Source: Paragordius varius (lineage: Eukaryota > Animalia > Nematomorpha). Taken from it: a DNA stretch of 64,000 bases. Both the position numbers and the translations under genes were made by a program. Under the pieces are notes generated by a model, which was given only the letters and a program-made list of their open reading frames with translations, was not told where the DNA came from and did not search any database. The stretch is from the NCBI GenBank assembly GCA_964247055.1, contig OZ176056.1, positions 6,138,001 to 6,202,000 of the forward strand, in the 5' to 3' direction. Below, in pieces: positions 35,001 through 46,477 of this stretch. How positions within the stretch are numbered: position 1 is the stretch's first letter; every line of letters begins with the position of its first letter.

Positions 35001-38000
35001 CATACCCATGTGGGGTTGCTGCAAATCATACAAGACTCTAGGGTGGCTTAAAAAACACCAAAACAATGTCCATGGAATATCGTTGGGAACGATGATTCCA
35101 GTCCCGGAGGGTAAATCAGTAACGGTCTCAGTCAGATCTAAGTTATACCCCAGCAAACCTTCCTCCACGTGGAAAGGAAGCCTTCAAACATGTGATGGTG
35201 AGTTCATGCGTCCGATAGGAGGATGTGGGCATCGAACAGGCACCTACAAGGGTATTGAAAATCATATTTAATCGAAACATGATATGTCTCTAAGAGCCTG
35301 GATACCTTGACATAAATAGCTTAAAAAATCGTTACGGTCGAGAGGGCGCAAACCAAAAAACCTTTCTATAAATATTTCTATACATATATTGCGTGGGTAT
35401 GAATGAAAAATCATTATAAAATTTACAAAAATAATATAAAAGGTGAGCGCTTCTCATAAACGACAAATTGGGAAATTACAGTTAGTATTGTGGTCTCTAA
35501 TTGTAATGGATCTAAACCGCCTCATGAGAGGCGTAAGTTTTTTTTTTGACTGATTGTGTCAGAGTTACTTCGAGATATCGTTCTTTGTAATATCTGAACA
35601 ATTGTGTCGTGATAAATTATTTTCTAGTTATGCTTTGAAAATTTTAACGTTTAATCGTTTATTTCCTCAACGTAGTTGATAGCTTTTGCAGTTTGCTTCA
35701 GGGTAAGTTTTGATGGATAATATTTCATGTAGAAATATATAACTAAAATAATAGTCGATTTAGTTTTCATCGTATTATTTAGAGCATATCTAGACTTTCT
35801 TCCATTTTTTTGTCTTAGCCCGACTATTTGTAGATTTACTTACTTGTATCATTTCTATTTTAAGTACTTTTCTTGGAATTCGATAATGATTTGAGGTTCT
35901 TATAACATATTTTTAATATTGTCTCAAAACCTTTAAAAAATAATGACAGCAATGGAATATCAAAATTGTTATTGATAAAGAATAAAAAATGTAAGCGGTG
36001 ATTATAATGTTAAAAATAAAGGAAAGAGATAAAATAAAAAATATAATTTAAGGATCAAACATATGATAAGTAAAAGCAAGGTGGTTTAAGTCCACCAAAT
36101 ATCCCATACAGACGGAATTATTGAGTTATAAACAGGGTGTAGATGCGGTTACTATGCATGTATTTACCCAACAATTGGGATCAATAAGTGTTGACTAACT
36201 GTAATTTTTAATCATAACATCAGACATTTCTAAGAACCTTCCCATGGTGTTAAAATTAATGTTTGAAGACGTAACGATATAGTAGGTATGGCGCTGTGAC
36301 ACTGTATGGTGTGCATGAGTTGGATTGAAACTGCGCAAATATTATATTATTTTCATTCTCTAAGCGGGTTCCTGTTATTCACAAGTCCTGATATAATTTT
36401 ACGTCCTTAACATTTTTACAGAAAAATAGATAAACTATATAATTTTAAATGTTTTTTGAAGTTTTTGTGATCCTAGCCAATAAATTATTACAGCAATTGA
36501 AAATATATGTTGCATAAATAAAACTTCGAAATGATGAAACTTTTTACTAATGAAATAAAATATCCATAAATTTAATTTATTTAATATTATCTCGTCATAA
36601 ACATAAAATTTGTTGTTTTAGAGAATTTTTTGCCTTCACAGAGCAGTTATTTTTGTTCTTACCTTATTTAGCATTTGCGCTTTTAAAAACTTTCATATGA
36701 ATAAAAATAGTTTAGTGTTTCTAAAAGTTATTAACATGATTATTAGTACAAAGAGTTAAAAGGTTGGTGTAAAAGTGGTTTTAGACAAAACTGATTATGT
36801 AATTTTCCACATGCCAAAACCTCCAGAATCACATTTTTAAGAGATAAAGTACTTTTAATTATGAGAAATTTTATTATTTTAGACGCTTTACTTTATTATT
36901 TTATTTAAATGCAACATGACCCCTAATTTTTAAGGATTCTGAAGGCAGATGAGTTATCAAATCCAAAAATACTGTCAAAAGAAAACTACATCTTTTGATC
37001 CTTAATTTGGCACCTGTTTTACTTTGGGCTTTGACCCATTTTATTACAGACTTATTATTTTTTTATTTATACTGTTCAAAGTTTTCCATGTTAAAATGTA
37101 ATTGAATCCTTAGATGGTTGATGCATAAATATACTTGATTAATTTCCTTTTATTTATCAAATTATAGATTCCAGTTTCACTAATAGTTTCGCATAGCCTG
37201 GCAGTATTCATAAAAAGATCTAAAGATATTACTAAAAAATTACCTGAATTCCATATCATGGTCTTGGTCGGAAATAATTTATTCATATATTCCATCGGGC
37301 TTTCTAATAAATAAATTGCATATGTTTGATTTTAATCAATATAAAATATATAACATTTTTTTTAAAAAATCACCACCTTTTTAACCAAACGCAGCATTAT
37401 TTTAAACAAAAGTATTTTTAGTTTTGTTTAAATGATAAATATTGCGTGTTGCCTTTGCTGAAAATATGTTGCGTTTGGATGAAAAAATGTTGCGTTTGCT
37501 TGAAAAAATATTGCGTTTGCCTGAAAAAGTGTTGCTTTTGACCGAAAATAATATATTGTTTTGGCTCTTAGGTGCACTTCATTTAACACTAGGACTATCT
37601 AATAAAAATATCCTGATGAAATTATATATATTATCTGTTGGAAATTATATTACATTATCATGATTAAAATGCACTAGCTTACTTAAAGTAAACGTAAAAA
37701 TTCCGAGATTGCGCAATATAAATTTAATAAATATGTTTGATGGCAATAAAATTATTTTGAAATACTTAGCCAAAAAATTTAATTCAAAAACAAATTTTTT
37801 TAACAGAATATGCGCAAATCATTTTCTGATATGGATTAGATCCCTCAATATGTACTTACTTAAATCACTTGTAAGTGTCAAAACCAAAAGCATCAATCCT
37901 TAAACGTTTTCTATATATATAAATTTCATCGGGATAGTAATTTGTGGAGATTGTTTTATTAACAATATTGTAATTTCTAAAGTGCCAGCCATGAATGCAA

Positions 38001-40682
38001 CATAAAATCAATTGGGCGTATTAACCATAAAAAATTACTGTATCCCTGAAAATAGTCAAATTATGTATAAATTTTTAAAGCATTTAAATATTATATGTGC
38101 TATATTGATAGTAACTACTTCTTTAACTTATATATCTAATTTTAGTAATACATTTTACTAATTTGTTTGCAATTTGGATTAAAGGGTATGTCTTGTTTAT
38201 AATTAACACTAAAGCCACATGCCCACCATATATTTAAGGCAAACAACAACCTGGTATGGTACATTCTTTAACAACTAAATAAGCTCGAATCTCCTTGTAA
38301 TTATAATCAAGGTCGCTTGGATTTGAGTAAATTTTGTTTTGGAACATAAAATGCGTTAAATGACTTATTCGCTTGATCGGTAAATCAGTTTGGACGTAAT
38401 AAGTTTGATGTGAATGGAGATGTTTCTTGTATACTTCGTATAATTCATAGTGTTTCGTAGAATATTGGACAAATCTTAACTATGAACCAAAACAAATTTA
38501 ATTTTATTAACAAGTAACCTGATAATATTTTTGGGAATAATTAGGCTAAAAAAGTATTAGATTGATTTGCCTTAAGAGTCGTTTAAAAGAGTAATTTGAG
38601 ATAAGATAAATATTTAAGTATGTTATCCATATACCTATATTTTTAAATAAGAATGTATTTTTGGTCTATTAAATCTTTTTTATATATTTAATCTTCTAAT
38701 TTAAGACACCTCTTTTTATAATTAACGCATAAAAGCAGCCGAGCCCAAAAATTACCACTGGTTTTGTTCGAAGCATTTATCACATAAATATTCATATACC
38801 ACGGTGCACGGCAAAAAATTATTTTTAATGAATCATATATCATTCGATACCTAAAAGTTTCAATATAATGATTGAAATGATGTATGCGGTAAAAAAGTTA
38901 TTTTATTTTTTCTGATATTACCCAAAATCAAAAAATCGCATTTTAATTGCATATTAGGTCAAATAAATTAAATACTATAATAGATGAAAACGCGTCACTA
39001 TATTATTTGTTTAAACATAGCATAAGATTTTAAATGGAAAGTATTATTAAAAAAAGTTAGTATTTTTGGATGTCCTAGAAAGACTTACAATAATATAAGC
39101 TAAAAAATCGCATTTTGGCGTCATATTTGAACATAAAACTTGTTAATATGCGGTAAATTTTAATTTTTATTAAAACAATCATATAGTAACTCCATATATA
39201 GAATTTATCCAATATTCTCCTTCAAAAAAATTTAAGCCTTATATGAGGAAGAAATTTTTTCTATATTTTGGAGCAAAGCAGGAGCGTATATTTTTTACAA
39301 ATAAAATATATATATTATAGATATCTTTTCCCTACAAATCGATGCAAAAAAGATTTATCATCCCACTTTGATAAAAAGGAATTATTTTACTTGAAAATCT
39401 TAATTTTATACTTGGCGCCATTTAGGCTTTTAATACCGGCTTTGGAAAAAATATCCCCACATCAAAAAATTGAGTCGAGAGATCCATTTTTGTGCATCGA
39501 ATTGTATGAAATGATATTAATTTATAAAATGAATGTTTTGTAAAAACTATATGCAGCTTCCGCTTTGGTTCATATAAAAAAAATTTCTTCTTCATATAAT
39601 TAAATTATTTTGAACAAATATTGGTTAAACTCTATATATGGTTTTAATATATGATTGTTTTAATAAAAATTGAAATCATTGACCGCATAACAAGTTTCAT
39701 GATTCAAATGTGACTCCAAATTGCGATTTTTAGCTTATATTCTTATAAGTCTTTTCTAGAACCCTCCGAAAAAATTTAAAACCTTTTTCAATTATTTTTG
39801 CGTTTTGCTTTATTAAAACAAATAATATTTAGTTGATGCGTTTTCATCTATTGTATTTAATTTTATTTGACCTAATATGCGAAAAAAATGCTTTTTTAAT
39901 GTTGAGTAATAACAAAAATGATAACTTTTTTTCTAGTATTTTAACCGCATATTTCATTTCAAGATTCATCTGAAGCTTTTATCTATCTAATAATATATGG
40001 TTCAACTTTATTTATCCCCATTTTTGCAGCACATTGTACCAATTTAACTTGTATTGTTAAAGCAACTGTTCCCTTTTAATGCAATTATATTTATTTTAAT
40101 GTTTCAAATATCTTAAGCAAAAATTTTATATGATAGTTGTTAATTTTTTCGAATATGGTCAAATGTCACCAATTATTAACATCAATTATTATTACGCGCA
40201 ATCTGATCCAATAGAAAGGGACCTTTTGAGATACATTTACAGCTCGATTTCACCCTCAAACAATTCAAATTCACCTTTGAAGAATTCAAATTCACCCTAA
40301 AAATCAATTATATATTTTCGGGCTAATATAACTCCTCATTAATATGAAATATATCTAAATGGCATAGTTAATTATTTTCTAATTTTAGACGAAATTTCAT
40401 TTTTTCAAAATATAAAAAATATAAGTATTTTTTAATCTTAAAAAATACTTAATTTATTTTAAGGTGAATTTGAATTGTTTGAGGGTGATCTTGAATTGTT
40501 CAAGGGTGAATTTGAATTGTTCAAGGGTGATTTCGAATGGTAAATGGTATATATCAACAATAGAGAATCGATAAAATATGTAAAAATTGGATCAAAAGTT
40601 TTAATTTTTTATTATCTTAACTTATTGTGCGCAAAGAGGTAAATTTTCGTTTCGATTGTTTGTAAAAATGTTATACTTTCTA

Positions 40683-40736
<54 letters not shown>

Positions 40737-41316
40737 CTCCTAATGATAAATTTTATTCCGAATTTTGAGTGCAGAGCAATTAAATTATTAAAGCAAAATA
40801 TTTTAGGGGTTTTTAAAGTATCCACAAAATTGTTGAAAATACCTTGATTAATTGTCTGGCTTGTATAAGATGGTGTTCATAAAAGCTACTCATGTTTAAA
40901 CAGTCATTTGGTAAGGCTATAGTACTGAATATTTCAGCGAGGGCGTTGAAACCATTTCGACCACATACCATTATCAAGCGATCAATGGGGTCCTCAACAT
41001 CTATTATAACCTTTAATTCAAAAGAGAAAATTAAATCCTGTTTTTTAATCATAATATTACTATAAAAACACTAGGAATAGCAAGAATATGGAATTACTTT
41101 AGCGCGGGAAGTTAAAGCATTCGCATGATATGTTAGTTTCTGCTTATCACTAACAACATATTTATAATATGCGTTGGGCTCGTTAGTAAAACTCTTTTTG
41201 TCAAGATTAACATTCCACCAAATGCTCCTGTTATTCCTTATTATCCCGTATGTGACAGAGGTACCTGGTTTTCTAATAAGATTTATTATATCTCTATATA
41301 TCCAAGTGAATAATCC
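26089..41316 (-). CDS. Uncharacterised orphan gene G1, at least 431 aa, 5' end unresolved. Exons: 41316-41098, 41010-40843, 38479-38251, 37303-37244, 37219-37135, 29538-29343, 27866-27762, 26322-26089
   Basis: Eight GT-AG exons splice into one open frame (1296 nt). Each has a homologous exon in G2; the seven downstream exon pairs have matching phases and the same or near-same length. The acceptor of the most 5' exon is the least certain. Confidence 0.8.
28290..29185 (+). mobile_element. 5'-truncated RTE LINE with inverted 5' segment
   Basis: The sense part from ~28395 reads GIKVGG..LHNADDTVILA...TYLGSII...LYGCESW...RGKGRRRIRW and ends in an AACAACAAC tail. 28290-28392 carries CFVDFSKAFDTVQH on the opposite strand. 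Confidence 0.8.
29553..29827. mobile_element. MITE family M, best-preserved copy
   Basis: TA|CAGTAAAATTTTGAAA ... TTTCAATTTTTACTG|TA: TIRs with TA target duplication. Confidence 0.8.
31606..31690 (+). ncRNA. Candidate HDV-like self-cleaving ribozyme at the LINE 5' end
   Basis: P1 GCTGGATC/GATCCGGC; P3 ACC/GGT; L3 TCCTAGT; P1.1 CC/GG; then GCAAC as in HDV; P4 GTCA/TGAC; J4/2-like GCAAA. P2 pairing is imperfect. Confidence 0.6.
31606..35370 (+). mobile_element. Near-full-length RTE-type non-LTR retrotransposon (APE + RT + C-terminal C2H2 fingers), frameshifted
   Basis: GC-richer island. APE motifs DILAVQE, SVYAP, LGDFNA and TDHRLV; RT motifs FIDLEKAFDSV, GVRQGCRLSP, LAFADD and FTYLGS; then LYGCETW, RRLRWF and C2H2-like fingers. 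Several stops and frameshifts. The 3' boundary is approximate. Confidence 0.9.
37370..37553. mobile_element. MITE family F3 with 21-bp repeats (TGTTGCGTTTGCTTGAAAAAA)
   Basis: Four to five tandem 21-mers plus an inverted partial arm. Related copies at ~60955-61050 and 61525-~61780. Confidence 0.65.
38799..40036. mobile_element. Long-TIR foldback element, possibly Tc1/mariner-like
   Basis: Arms ~38800-39300 and ~39540-40036 are inverted homologs (e.g. GCATATTAGGTCAAATAAA vs TTTATTTGACCTAATATGC). The right end is GCACATTG|TA. A second copy lies at ~62541-63690. Confidence 0.8.
40232..40549. mobile_element. MITE family F1 copy
   Basis: Inverted 21-bp arrays; right terminus TAAATGGTA|TA. Confidence 0.8.
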
Positions 41317-41405
41317 CTAGAGCCGACACCAATTTGCTTATGCTTTAAACGACTACCCGTAGCATTTAAAACAGTTATATTAATTAAAAATATTTTTATC
41401 AATTA

Positions 41406-43753
41406 CTAGGTGGGCCCTGTCACGCGTAATTCTTCTAAATAATTTAGGGATAATGGATAAAAAAATTAATAAAAAACATATTTAATAAAAACAATATCCA
41501 TTAATTTTTTACGGGTTTTTGCATAGGAAATATTGTTTACGTAATTGACCAGTTTTAACTGTCCCTTATTCAAGTTAATATTGAACTATCATTGGATTTA
41601 TTTTAAGATTTTCGTTTTACGCAAAAGTTTTTTGAAATTGTGTTTACACAGCTACGATCAAAAGATATAAAACTAAATCCGTTGTGGTCCCTTTTTATAG
41701 GAAAGAATGATATTATACAAATTCCCCAGAAATGTGTTTAACTGAACTCGTTTGGCTTCTTAAGTTTTAAAATTAGCTCCGAACCCACGCCATTTTTGTA
41801 AAGCGTCTCAGTTTTAAACCGGTTGGCCCCTACCCATAGACCTATATGAAAAAATCTCTGAGTTATATTCTTTGCCTTTATAGGGCAAATATTTGGAATC
41901 ATCTTTGATACCATCGTCTCATGGGTTATTGAAAATATCTCAAACACTAAATAATCGTTATATGATGGCGTATTTTAGGGCATAAAGGCCTCAAATTAAG
42001 GGCTAATAATAAACGCCTGTTTTTTACCTAGTTACGGGTAATGTTTCAAGCTTTTATGAGTTCATCTGGCTTTATAAATTTTCCGTAAATTAGCTCCAAA
42101 AAAACGCGATTTCTATATAGTGGCGCAGTTTTTGGTGGGTAGCTCCTAACCCAGGGGGAGGTATAAAAAAGTGCTGGAATTTTTGCCTTTATATGGGGAA
42201 TATATGGAGTTATTTTGATTTACATATGTTCCTAGATTCACAGGTTTTCTGAAATCTGGCTTAAAAGGCATGCTGTATCTATGGTGACGTAGTTTTACGC
42301 GGGTAGCTCCCTAACCAGGGGCAAAACAAAAAAAGGCTCGATAAAAATTTTTGCCCAAATTCGGGTAATACCTGGAATCATGATTAATTCCATATGCTCT
42401 CGTGGGATTTCCGAAGAATTGCCTCAAAAACAAAAAGACATTCGATGGTGGCGCATTTTTCATGGCAAGGGCTTAATTAAGAGGTAATTAATAAAACCTA
42501 CTTACATTTTTGCCTTTTTACAAGTCATATTTCAATCTTTTATTAAACTTAGATGGCATATGTTTTCTAATATTTGCCTCCAAAGTCACGCCGATATGGT
42601 GGCGCAGTTGTAGGCGGATAGCCCCTTACCCATAGCATAGGCCAATATAAAAAAGACTTTCGATAAAAAATTTTGCCTTATTGGGAATACCTGGATATTT
42701 CATTCCTTATGTTCTTAATAGTTTTTGGAAGAATGGCTTCAAAAATAAATGATAGCGCATCTTTTAGGGCGTAAAAGGCCTAATTAACGGCTAATTTAAA
42801 AAAACCGCACGACTTAAATTTTTGCCATTTTACGGGTAATTTTCAGGCTCTTTTAAACTTATGTGGCCTGTCTGAAAATCCTAAACAACACAATTTCAAT
42901 TTGATGGCAGTTTTAGGCGGATAGTTCCCTACCCAGAGACTTATACAAAAAAAGCGCCTGATTTAAATTTTTACCTCTTTACGGAGAATAGCTGGAATCA
43001 TGATTGATTCCATATGCTCTCATTAGTTTTTGGAAAAATTGCCTTAAAACTAACAAATCATTATATGCTGGCGCATTTTTTCAGGCCCTGAAGGACCTAA
43101 TTAACGGCTAATTTTAAAAAACCGTACGACCTAAATTTTTGCCTTGTTAGGGTAATATTTTAAGCACCTAATGAACTCATGTGGCCTGATATGTTTTCTG
43201 AAATTTAGCCCCAAAAGCACGCTATTTCGATATGGTGGGGCAGTTTTAAGCGGGTACCTCTTTAACCAGCAGCTAATATAAAAGAAACGCACCACAAAAT
43301 TTTACTTTTAATAGGGAAGACCTGGAATCCTCATAGAATTATTACAGTCTCATTACTTGGGCGAAAAATAGATTCAGAAATTATTTTTGTGGACTTAATC
43401 TTTTGAAAAAAATGGCATTTTACGGGGGGAGCAGGTAAAAAGAGCCTAAATTAAAAATGCGAGCCGACTATGTCCGGCGCAATCGAAAATAAGTAAAAAA
43501 ATCATATGTGAAATCGAATGATCTAACACGTTTTCCAGGAAATTGTCTCAAAGACACGATTTTCGTGGACTGTTTTCAATAAAAGCCCGTTTTTTTACAC
43601 GGGGTGGCCCGAACTGGGGGACTAATTCAAAAAAGGGCGAAGCTATTGTCGGGACATTCAATGATTTTTTTTTTTGGCATTTGGATTTTAATGGGGTTAC
43701 CGGTTTTCCGGAAACAGATCACAAAGCCAGCATTTTCCATTCAAATATATAGA
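41406..43753 (-). mobile_element. Non-autonomous Helitron copy A with internal ~160-bp tandem array
   Basis: Minus strand A|TCTATATATTTG ... CCCACCTAG|T. About 10 diverged monomers lie at ~41800-43400. Confidence 0.8.
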
Positions 43754-45639
43754 TTAAATTATGTTTTGAAATTTCATAATTTTTTTGATTGTACAACAAA
43801 GATAATTTACCAAAAATTAAAGATTGGTTGGTTAGTCACAAGCCAATAGGCAAATATTGATGTAGTCTCATTTTCAAATCAATATATAATGGTGTTAAAA
43901 AGTATTTTATTCACATTATTTTAGATTTTATGCAATACCCCGGTGGGAAAATCATCCAATGAGTGTAATTGGAAAACGTCGAAAGAGGACAGCTATCTAA
44001 ACAAAAATAATACGAGTTAATATATATATATATATATATATATTACTTATAAGTCTAATAATAGCAATATTATATTGATAATTATGGTTATTTCAATATT
44101 TTTCATTTAATTAAAAATTGTTAAAAAGTTTGTTATTTACATTCAATTATAATACATTTTATACATAGATTATCATTAGATGGAAATTAATTTAATGATA
44201 TATAAGAAAAAATATTTCTATTATAAGCTTAATTTATCACTTTAACAGATGGGGTATACCACAGAGCGATTATGAAATTTGATTCATCAAAAAGTTTTTA
44301 AAATATTAGGCTTTGGGGCACATAATTCGAAATTTTTTTATAAAAAATGTAAAATTGTAAAAAATTTAACGCCGCCATTATAGTATATTTTTAAATGGCT
44401 TATACTACAAGAAATAATTGTATATTATTGTTTCAATTAAATCTTTTGAAAGACTTTTGATATTAGAAAGCAAATATTCGATATTTATTGATTTGATAAG
44501 CTGTTTATTTAATAGGGCTCCGGAGCTATCCGAACCGGACTAAAATTAGAAAACTATAAACATATAGAGGTTTGATACAGGAGAAAACTGAACTCTAAAT
44601 AACAAATAATATATGTATGCTTAATGTTATTAATTTTGCTCTCAAAATATTTTTGAGTAACGGTGACAACACTTTAAAAATACCGACATAAGGTATAAAA
44701 ACTTGGTAGAAAATATGAGTGGTATATCAAACAAATTTATATACGATCGACACATAAAAAGTATATAAAAATAACACAATTTTTGCACAGTTACATATTA
44801 CATATGTATTTTATATTGGACTTTTAAATGCTTTAAAAGTTAGTTATTATTGAATATAATAATACCAAAGAGCAGTAAATTAATCAGTGAAAAACTATAC
44901 TATCACGGTAATATAGATCTAAAAAATTTATAATGAGAAAGTAAAGAAAGAGTTAAAACTATGCCATAAGGGTACTTATAAATAAATAGGGCTAACTCCA
45001 CATATTTTATCTGTTGGGCTTAGACATCACCTTAGAATTTATGTAATGCAATAAAAGTTTTTAATAAAAATTATAAAGAAGTAGGCATGAATTAAATGTA
45101 TAACTTTGGATAGAGATGATAATGTTTGAAAAAATAAAGAAATATAAGTGTAGCAAATTAGCCATCCGACAAGAGATAAATTGTGACAATTTAATTAACA
45201 TATAAACTACATTTATATGTTAATTAAAATATTATAAGTTATAATAATGATTTTACCTAAATCTGCTAATAATTTATTCACACACGTGAATCTGGATATA
45301 TGCTTAATAAACCTTAATGTTGGTTAATATATTTTAACCAATTGACATCACAGTATCGTATGCGTAAAAAAAATGGTTAAAAAAATTTTCATATATCTTA
45401 CACATGAAATTTTATATAATTTGGTACAAAATTTGTTCCAACAATAATGTGAATCAACATTAATGAGCATACTATTATTATTGTCTCAAAAATATAAACT
45501 ATGCTAATAAAAAACGAAACACGATAAACAGCTGACTAACTATACTATTTTTTGGCCTTTGAATATTGAACTGCAGTCTACACAAATAATATCCCGATAA
45601 AATATATCTGTATATATGAATAGATAATTGTATGATTTT

Positions 45640-46476
45640 ATGATGCTTTGGTATTGGGTCTTACGAGTGGCATTAGAAAAATATATACATATCAAAAAAA
45701 CCAAAATTTGCGATTATTGCAACTAGAATTTCTTTGGTGAGAGCGAATGCTCTATTCCAAAAACCATAATATATATTTTTTATATTGGAGAAGAAAAATA
45801 ATATATAAAATTTATATAGATGTAGCATTCCATAGTTACAATTTTTTCTCCTGGGTTAGTTTATTAAAAGCAAAAGGCAAAATCCCGACATTTTCCCATA
45901 TGAATTCTATTATGTGATATATTATGATATCAAAAAATTCTTTTTGAAATAATTTATATTCGTTTTAAAAATTTAATTTTTAGCAAAATATTATAAACCG
46001 TATTTTATGGTATTTCGGAGCATCCTGAAAACAGGTTAAGGTATTATAAATACAATTTTTTTATATCATACCACGATCTATCCCACAAAATTTTAAATGT
46101 AAGATTTGTTTTTCATATACGTTAAATATAATATCTGTTTTTCACATGAAAAAGGTTCTTATATTCAAAACAAAAGAATGTATAGCGTCATCTACTTATT
46201 AGAAAAGTTGTAATACTATTTATTGTTTTACGCATCATGTTCCTAAATGTCATAAAGTGCGCGTCATCAATTTCTCTAATATTTTTTTGACAAAGTATTT
46301 TTCAAAAATACTTTTTAATGAAGCCATAATCTACCATATATAAAAATTATTATCGCAAAATCTCGGCTTTTGCGTTTATTTAATAAAAACTAGCGTTTTT
46401 CAGATTGGCCAAAAAGTGAGAGTTTGGAGCCCACATCTAAAGGTCAAAATTTTAGAATTTTTGCTTTATATAGTAT
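45640..46476. repeat. Partial degenerate copy of palindrome family P, abutting Helitron B
   Basis: Blocks similar to 49890-49930 and 50650-50760. Confidence 0.5.
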
Positions 46477-46477
46477 A

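Larger units (their letters stand above)
30104..35900 (-). mobile_element. Old, heavily degraded RTE LINE interrupted by the young LINE at ~31600-35370
   Basis: Minus-strand remnants appear in the expected order: IDY and KTYPEANC (APE end, ~35690-35770), IIIPFPK (~31130), WFRTKKRVRRGCILYPLAF (~30740) and LGHILR (~30330). Confidence 0.6.

Noticed and set aside
41800-43400. Regularly spaced repeats as a possible CRISPR array
   Set aside because: The DNA is eukaryotic, the whole monomers are homologous with no unique spacers, and no cas genes are present.
43800-43990. Possible 5' exon of G1 (ETTSIFAYWLV vs ITTEQPNIWIV near 59870 for G2)
   Set aside because: The similarity is weak, both frames have a nearby upstream TGA, and I found no convincing splice path. 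The 5' ends are left unresolved.
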